DNA from: Poseidonia sp.
GTDB lineage: Archaea; Thermoplasmatota; Poseidoniia; Poseidoniales; Poseidoniaceae
Assembly: GCA_965661285.1 (NCBI GenBank)
Contig: CBFIDD010000003.1
Coordinates: 256,001-320,000, forward strand
Length of the DNA stretch: 64,000 nt
Direction: 5' to 3'
Under the pieces are notes generated by a model, which worked only from the letters and a program-made list of their open reading frames with translations, was not told where the DNA came from and made no database searches. Every line of letters starts with the position of its first letter. The stretch's first letter is position 1. This document shows, piece by piece, positions 58,216 through 64,000 of this stretch. Both the position numbers and the translations under genes were made by a program.

Positions 58216-59337
58216 ATGTTCTCGCTTCGCTTGGTGGAACGACCTTTGCCCACAACCGAACGCGATGTGGACGGGCTGGTCGCCTGGTTCATCGAGACCC
58301 TTTCACTGGTCCGGAAACGAGGGGAGACAACCGCCGACCACGGACGTGCAGGTCCGGTGCATCGCTTGCTTCGCGACCATCTGTTTGGTGCACCGCACCA
58401 AAGCTGGGATGCACAGATGCTCGCAGACGAACTGGCACAAATGCCAGCCTCCCTTAACCACCATCTCGCACGTTTGGTTGAAACCGGACTCATCGGGTTC
58501 ACCAACGAAGGAAAGGGATGGAGGAAATACTTCCTTCGAGGCGGTTCCATCACCAACGCCGTCGCCTATCTTCAGCAACACGCCACGCTCATCGTGCAAC
58601 AACGCTTCAGCGTGGTGGACGCGCGATGGCAACGTGAAGGTACGTCGCTTCCGGTTGAACTGCCCGAGGACGAACACGCCTCATTTGTCATCGGCCTGGT
58701 GGACCACCGTCCGTTGCCCGCGCAAACGGAGGGTGACGAACTCTCGCATTGGATGAACGACTTTGGCTTGCTTGGCGAGCGACCAGGTGGCGAGATGGCT
58801 GCGGATTCGCTCTCCGTCCGCCTCTTTTCGACCCTCTTGGAACGAGATCTCCCCCTCTCACTGGATGAAGCAGCCGAACTGCACGGCGGGCAAAAAGCCA
58901 GAGTCGGGCGAATCCTCGACCGATTCCGAGCCACGGGGATGGTTGAGCGCGTGCCGCGAACAGACCGACTGAACACAGCGTTGTGGACGGCGATGACCAC
59001 GCAACATCAGCGCCGTGGCGAGGATTGGATGCTGAAGAAAGGAGGCTTCCAACGGCTCCTCAACGAGAAGCAACAAGCGGCGCTGCTGCAAAGCCTTGGC
59101 AACGGAGCGCTGACCATCGAACATGTCGCCACTCACCTTGATGGCGTTGAGGCCAGGGACCAGATGCTGTTGCTCAATCTCCTGGGCGGGCGCCTTCCCA
59201 TGGGCTACAGGATGGCCGGGCCCTCGGCCAGTGCCGTACAGCGTCGCGTCCAGGACAGACTGGACCGGGTGTTGCGGCGAATGGTGCGCGTGGCGGGCCT
59301 GCTCGACGAAGCGCTCGCCTCGACCAGCGCTGAATGA
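58216..59337 (+). CDS. Protein with two tandem (N-domain + wHTH) modules
   Basis: LNHHLARLVETGLI and VGRILDRFRATGMVER HTHs, each preceded by a RPLP...W...L segment. Confidence 0.7.
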   Translation: MFSLRLVERPLPTTERDVDGLVAWFIETLSLVRKRGETTADHGRAGPVHRLLRDHLFGAPHQSWDAQMLADELAQMPASLNHHLARLVETGLIGFTNEGKGWRKYFLRGGSITNAVAYLQQHATLIVQQRFSVVDARWQREGTSLPVELPEDEHASFVIGLVDHRPLPAQTEGDELSHWMNDFGLLGERPGGEMAADSLSVRLFSTLLERDLPLSLDEAAELHGGQKARVGRILDRFRATGMVERVPRTDRLNTALWTAMTTQHQRRGEDWMLKKGGFQRLLNEKQQAALLQSLGNGALTIEHVATHLDGVEARDQMLLLNLLGGRLPMGYRMAGPSASAVQRRVQDRLDRVLRRMVRVAGLLDEALASTSAE

Positions 59338-59351
59338 ATGGAGTGGGCGGC

Positions 59352-60377
59352 ATGTCGGAGTTCATCGCACCGAAGCAAGGGGCTTGGGACGGCGAAGCAC
59401 GACCGCTGTTTCTCGCCCCGATGTCGGGGGTCACCGACCTCCCGTTCCGCTTGCTAGCGAAGGAATGCGGCGCCGACGTGACCATCACAGAGTTCACCAA
59501 CTCAACCGCCTTGACGCGTGAAGCAGCGACCTCGTGGCGACGAATGGAGACCCACGAGACCGAAGTCCCGTTCATTCCCCAAATTTTTGGCGGGGATCCG
59601 GGCGACATGGCGACCGCTGCCGAGATGCTTGCGCCGACAGCGGATGTGATCGACCTCAACTTTGGCTGCCCCGCACCCAAGGTGACCAATATCTGTGCCG
59701 GAGCGGCGCTGATGGGCGAGCCTGACCGTTTGGTCAACATGGTGGAAACCATCGTTGAGCGCGTGGACGTTCCGGTCACGGCCAAGATGCGACTTGGAAC
59801 CGGAAAAAAGGCAAACAACGCAACCGAGATTTGCGAACGTTTGGAGGACGTTGGCGCACAGCGGCTTTGCATCCACGGGCGCACCTTGCGGCAGCGATAT
59901 TCTGGCATCGCTGACTGGTCAAGCATCAAGCAGGCGGTCGACCGGGTCGAGGTTCCCGTCATCGCCAACGGTGATGTGGTTGACGCCGCATCGGCCGCAG
60001 CATGTTTGGAACACACGGGGGCGTCCGGGTTGATGATCGGACGCGGCGCCATCGGCCGACCAACGGTGTTCTCAGACATCAAAGTCGGGCTGGGGTGGAT
60101 GGACCTCCACGATTTACCGTGGGTCAAGATGCACGACGGGTGGAAATCCATGGGCGAGACCGAACAGGCCTTTGCCTCGAGGAAATGGTGTTGGGACCGC
60201 TACATCGCCCTGTCCGAGGCGACGATCGGTCTGCAAGGAAAATGGATGCAACGTCATGCGATCGCGTTTACGAAGGGTTTGCCGGGTGCGAAAAAAATTC
60301 GAACCCTTATGCACGAACAAACGACCAACAAAGCCGTGGCCAACGCCATCAGCGGATTTCTGGGCGACGGGGTTTGA
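59352..60377 (+). CDS. dus: tRNA-dihydrouridine synthase
   Basis: LAPMSGVTD, DLNFGCP, KMRLG, IHGRT, IANGDV, GLMIGRG. Confidence 0.92.
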   Translation: MSEFIAPKQGAWDGEARPLFLAPMSGVTDLPFRLLAKECGADVTITEFTNSTALTREAATSWRRMETHETEVPFIPQIFGGDPGDMATAAEMLAPTADVIDLNFGCPAPKVTNICAGAALMGEPDRLVNMVETIVERVDVPVTAKMRLGTGKKANNATEICERLEDVGAQRLCIHGRTLRQRYSGIADWSSIKQAVDRVEVPVIANGDVVDAASAAACLEHTGASGLMIGRGAIGRPTVFSDIKVGLGWMDLHDLPWVKMHDGWKSMGETEQAFASRKWCWDRYIALSEATIGLQGKWMQRHAIAFTKGLPGAKKIRTLMHEQTTNKAVANAISGFLGDGV

Positions 60378-60380
60378 GCC

Positions 60381-60989
60381 TCAGAACGTGGATTCCCACT
60401 CTTCAAGGTCGTTGGCTTCAGCCCAAGCCTCGTCGGTGGTCTCCCCGCGAACTTTGAGCACTTCTCGAGCGAGGAGCCAGTAGATGAGGGCGAGCGAACG
60501 ACGACCCTTGTTGTTCGCTGGGAGAGCGATGTCAACGTTGCGAAGGTGGTTGTTGGCGTCAACGATCCCAACGATGGGCAGGCCCGTGGCAACAGCTTCA
60601 CGCAGGGCTTGCTGGTCGTTGGCGGGGTCGGTGACGAACAGAATATCAGGTTCGATGTAGGAGCGCAGGGCAGGGTTGGTCAAAGAACCGGGAATGAATC
60701 GACCGACAGCGGAGTGTGCACCCACGGCCTCTGCGAAAAGGCGAGCAGGGCGCTGTCCGTATTGTCGGGCGCTGACCACCATGATGGATGGAGCGTCGTA
60801 GGTGTTGAGGAGCGCAGCGATGGAGCGAATGCGGGCGTCCGTGACGTTGATGTCGAGGAGGTAAAGGCCGTCTTCTCGCACGCGGTCAATGAAGCGGCTC
60901 ATGTCAGCGCTCTTCTGTTGCGTACCGATGTTCACGGCGTTCTCCTCGTAGGTTTCGGCGGACACGAGTAGACTGGCTTCTTCGGACAT
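60381..60989 (-). CDS. rpsB: 30S ribosomal protein uS2 (archaeal type)
   Basis: IGTQQK, REDGLYLLD, GRFIPGSLTNP, PANNKGRRSLA. Confidence 0.95.
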   Translation of the reverse strand: MSEEASLLVSAETYEENAVNIGTQQKSADMSRFIDRVREDGLYLLDINVTDARIRSIAALLNTYDAPSIMVVSARQYGQRPARLFAEAVGAHSAVGRFIPGSLTNPALRSYIEPDILFVTDPANDQQALREAVATGLPIVGIVDANNHLRNVDIALPANNKGRRSLALIYWLLAREVLKVRGETTDEAWAEANDLEEWESTF

Positions 60990-61123
60990 GTTGAACCACA
61001 GCAAGCCGCCCACAAACCCCCTGTATTAAACCACTTCGTCCGGTCTAGCCACCACTCGCTGGCCGAGGAAGCACCGAACAATGAAGAAAAGAACTCAATA
61101 AAGAGACCTCAGTATCCCGGCGT

Positions 61124-62311
61124 ATGGCGAAGGGGGTTGAGGTTCTCAACGGGAGTAAACCGACCCGTTCCGACGCCGTCAAGGGGGAGGACGGGCGCTG
61201 GCGGACCACCAAAGGCACGCCTTTGCCAGTGAGCGCCAGCGACCTCGAGCGATACACCTACTGCCCGCTTTCGTGGCACCTTGCCGCAACGGGTACCAGC
61301 GGAGAAAGCGCTGCTATAGAAGAAGGAAAACGGCAACATCAAGCGATTCACGAGTCCATCATGGACCTCAAGGGGCATCAGTTTCAAACCCGTAGAAATT
61401 TGTTGATTTGGCAGTGGTGGTTCAGCGTCATCGTGCTCCTCCTCATCGACACCGTCGCCTTTCGCTACATCGACGATATCGACCTCAACGTCATCGAATT
61501 TTCCAGGATGCTCGCCGTCGGTGCCCTCTCGTTTTTGCTGGTCGGCATCGCCGCCCTGTTGGTTCCGTGGCGAACGACCATCGGTCTCAACCGACCATTT
61601 TTGCCAGCCTTAGAAGGCCATGTTGAACATGTCGACCCTATTATTGAGCCACGAGACTTCATGGGCGGCTGGTTCCAAGCCGGTTTACTTGAGACCTTCA
61701 TGTTCATCGCTGCCATTGTCCTCGCTCTCCACTCAAGTGCACTGCTCTTTGCTGAAGATCGGGAGCAAGCATCTTTTGTGCTGGCCACCACCACCCTCGG
61801 ATGGACGTTGCTCGCTTCGGTGGTCTTGCGTCGAGCCCTCCAAGCCAACGCGCTGGCCCAGAACATCGCTGCCAAAAACGACCTTAGCGTGGACGACGAA
61901 ATCTCCTATTCTGACGACGAGGAGAAAGCCCAACTCCTTATCGACGACGAAACCGGCCTGCGCGGCCGGCCCGACCAGATTGTCATCATCGATTCAGAGT
62001 TCATTCCTGTTGAACAAAAAACCGGGAAGGTTCCCAAGCGCCCCCACGACTCGCACCGCCTTCAGGCGCTGGCGTATGCCCGTCTTGTTGAGAAAACAAC
62101 GGGCCGCTCTCCGCCCTACGCACTGCTGCGCTACGGTCAAGACAACCTGCACCAGTTGCCCTGGGATGAAGCGGCACAAGAGGAACTCTTCGCACGCATC
62201 CACGATGTACAACAAGCCATGGCAGAAGGGGGTGCCGTGCGCAATCACGAACGGCCTGGGAAATGTCGGCATTGTTCTCGACAGTATGCATGCGACGCCA
62301 GTCTGGTGTAA
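61124..62311 (+). CDS. Solo Cas4-like PD-(D/E)xK nuclease with an internal 4-TM insertion
   Basis: SASDLERYTYCP; LRGRPD, VEQK, LQALAY; CRHCSRQYAC Fe-S cysteines; four hydrophobic helices between the first Cys and the core. Confidence 0.8.
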   Translation: MAKGVEVLNGSKPTRSDAVKGEDGRWRTTKGTPLPVSASDLERYTYCPLSWHLAATGTSGESAAIEEGKRQHQAIHESIMDLKGHQFQTRRNLLIWQWWFSVIVLLLIDTVAFRYIDDIDLNVIEFSRMLAVGALSFLLVGIAALLVPWRTTIGLNRPFLPALEGHVEHVDPIIEPRDFMGGWFQAGLLETFMFIAAIVLALHSSALLFAEDREQASFVLATTTLGWTLLASVVLRRALQANALAQNIAAKNDLSVDDEISYSDDEEKAQLLIDDETGLRGRPDQIVIIDSEFIPVEQKTGKVPKRPHDSHRLQALAYARLVEKTTGRSPPYALLRYGQDNLHQLPWDEAAQEELFARIHDVQQAMAEGGAVRNHERPGKCRHCSRQYACDASLV

Positions 62312-62313
62312 AC

Positions 62314-62871
62314 TCAGAAACAATCGTCAACCAGCGGGTACTGCGTGCAGGTGTTGGTAATGGTGACGATGATGACAAAATTGTCCTGAACCGACCCCAA
62401 CGTGCTCTCGCCGCCGCCTCGTGCTTTGACATCCAATTCCCAATCGCCCTTGGCAAACGACGGGTTTGGCAAGAGGCTCTCTTCAAGGGGCGTGGCGTCT
62501 TCGCTCACGTCTTGTTCCCACTGGACCATGCCTTCGCTGTCGGTCAACGTGGCCCGAACATATCGGCTCTCGTTGTCCCAAAAGGACGAGGGGAGATTGC
62601 GCGAGAGTTCGAACGAGACCTTGAAGTAAACACCGATTTCGGTGGTTTGGTCGGTGACGGCGAACGTGGACCGATTGGTGTATTCGTTGGCGTAGTCCGT
62701 CAGAGAGGTGAAGGTGTGCGTGATGGTGATCTTCTTGTTGTTCAAGTCCTCATAGGCTGGTTCGCGGAGCGATTCGACCGATTCTCGAGCAACGATCAAT
62801 CCCATGCAACCCGAGGTGGACGCCATCAGCACCACCATGACGAGGACCGCACCGAGACCGGGTCGCCGCAT
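62314..62871 (-). CDS. Lipoprotein
   Basis: Signal peptide ending TSGC; beta-rich body. Confidence 0.7.
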   Translation of the reverse strand: MRRPGLGAVLVMVVLMASTSGCMGLIVARESVESLREPAYEDLNNKKITITHTFTSLTDYANEYTNRSTFAVTDQTTEIGVYFKVSFELSRNLPSSFWDNESRYVRATLTDSEGMVQWEQDVSEDATPLEESLLPNPSFAKGDWELDVKARGGGESTLGSVQDNFVIIVTITNTCTQYPLVDDCF

Positions 62872-62954
62872 GGGCTGACCACCGGTCCCGAGACTATGAA
62901 GTCCACGCTAGCGCCGTGCCGAGCAATTGAAAACACACCGACCCTTGGTCAACC

Positions 62955-63020
62955 CGTCTGAATGAAGCGAACTTGAGGCCGAGCCCCGGCGATGACGACC
63001 CCTATGAACGCCGACAGACG
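62955..63020 (+). ncRNA. Box C/D sRNA candidate (sR-tMet-like)
   Basis: Terminal stem CGTCTG/CAGACG; C box ATGAAG 62962; D' CCGA 62979; C' ATGACGA 62992; D CCGA 63011; 11-12 nt guides; intergenic with a TTGAAAA box about 25 nt upstream. Confidence 0.6.
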
Positions 63021-63021
63021 C

Positions 63022-64000
63022 TCAACCAAACTTGGCACCGCACACCGAACACTCCATCGCACCAACGGGGAGGTCAGCACCACAGGCGCCGCACTCATCG
63101 GTCTGTTCGGGCTCATTCTTCTCGGCTTTCCGAGGCGCTCGGCGGCGAGCTGGTTTACTCCCTTTGGGCGTCGGGGCCTTTTTTGACGGATTGGCTGCTG
63201 AGAACGAAACGTCGTCATCGTCGTCAAAGGCAAAATTGGCCGTGGCTTCTTCCACCTCGTTGCCGGCAAACGACGAGTCGGTGAGGCTCATGCCCACCTT
63301 GACCTTCTCGCCCGGCAGGACACCCTCTTCGCCCGTGATCTCGAACAGTTGTTCACGAATGGCTGCATCGGAAGCGCTGAGTTCGCCGGATTCTTGTTCC
63401 AAGGATTTGAGTTCACCCTTCTCGGAAAGGATGGAGTCAAGACCTTTGTCAGCCTTCTCAGCAGGGGAGCGCAACGTCGTCATGACCTGTTCTTTGTAGG
63501 CCTCAATCTCTTCATCGGTCATGTCTTCCATGGCCATTTCATCGGCGAAGCGACGGTCGTAAGCGGCTTCCACCTCGGCTTCTGCAGCCTGGATGTTGGT
63601 GTCCCATTCATCTTCAAGATGGTCTTCATCAAAGCCGAACGCCTTGACGGCATCAGCAAAGTTTTCCGTTCCGGTCACAATTTCATCGCCGTCGTCCTCG
63701 GGAAGAGCAACCTCTTCTTTGACGACCTCACGACGTTCACGACGCTCCCTGCGTTCAAAGAAGGACGAAACATCCTGAGCAGCACCGCAATAGACGCAAT
63801 TTTCGAGGAGATCGGGAATGGATTCGCCGCACTCGTGACAGTCGTGGAATTGATTCCTCGCCTTCTTGAGGTTGAACATGCAGTGCGGGCAGCGGTCTTC
63901 TGTACCTTCCAACTCACCATCGCAAGCAGGGCAGTATTCGTAGATGTCCCGCTCAACCTCCTCCTCGCGCTCCCGGGTCAACACCACGGCGGCGACCAGC
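63022..64000 (-). CDS. C-terminal part of an acidic protein with three double-zinc-ribbon motifs (5'-truncated)
   Basis: CPAC..CPHC, CHEC..CVYC and terminal CGAC..CSVC; frame runs to the window end. Confidence 0.75.
   Translation of the reverse strand, partial: LVAAVVLTREREEEVERDIYEYCPACDGELEGTEDRCPHCMFNLKKARNQFHDCHECGESIPDLLENCVYCGAAQDVSSFFERRERRERREVVKEEVALPEDDGDEIVTGTENFADAVKAFGFDEDHLEDEWDTNIQAAEAEVEAAYDRRFADEMAMEDMTDEEIEAYKEQVMTTLRSPAEKADKGLDSILSEKGELKSLEQESGELSASDAAIREQLFEITGEEGVLPGEKVKVGMSLTDSSFAGNEVEEATANFAFDDDDDVSFSAANPSKKAPTPKGSKPARRRAPRKAEKNEPEQTDECGACGADLPVGAMECSVCGAKFG

Noticed and set aside
61124-62950. CRISPR-Cas locus around the Cas4-like gene
   Set aside because: No repeat-spacer array or other cas genes seen in the window.

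Overview
A gene-dense, mostly GC-rich archaeal chromosome segment. Archaeal-type uS2, Taw1/TYW1, AOR and GGTGA-type RBSs, plus many leaderless genes and acidic or lipoprotein ORFs, suggest Marine Group II (Ca. Poseidoniales); this taxonomy is inference. Core content: gpmA, a complete protoporphyrin-dependent heme cluster (hemA-hemCD-hemB-hemL-hemE-hemF-hemY plus convergent hemH), taw1, gmd, two GT4s, a 3-hydroxyacyl-CoA dehydrogenase/hydratase, dus, rpsB and a MacB/FtsX-type ABC system. About 9.6-20.6 kb is an island with a serine recombinase and a Type I R-M locus: two hsdS, an unknown gene, a GIY-YIG-like gene and an HsdR fused to a C-terminal Schlafen/AlbA_2 domain. Other highlights are a ThiF(E1)-JAB-small protein operon with no Ubl, a solo Cas4-like nuclease with a 4-TM insert, several small genes missed by the ORF track (8.2-9.5 kb, 32.8-33.2 kb), and a box C/D sRNA candidate whose D guide fits the CAU anticodon of tRNA-Met. 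No CRISPR array, tRNA or rRNA was recognised. All family calls come from motif reading, not database searches.
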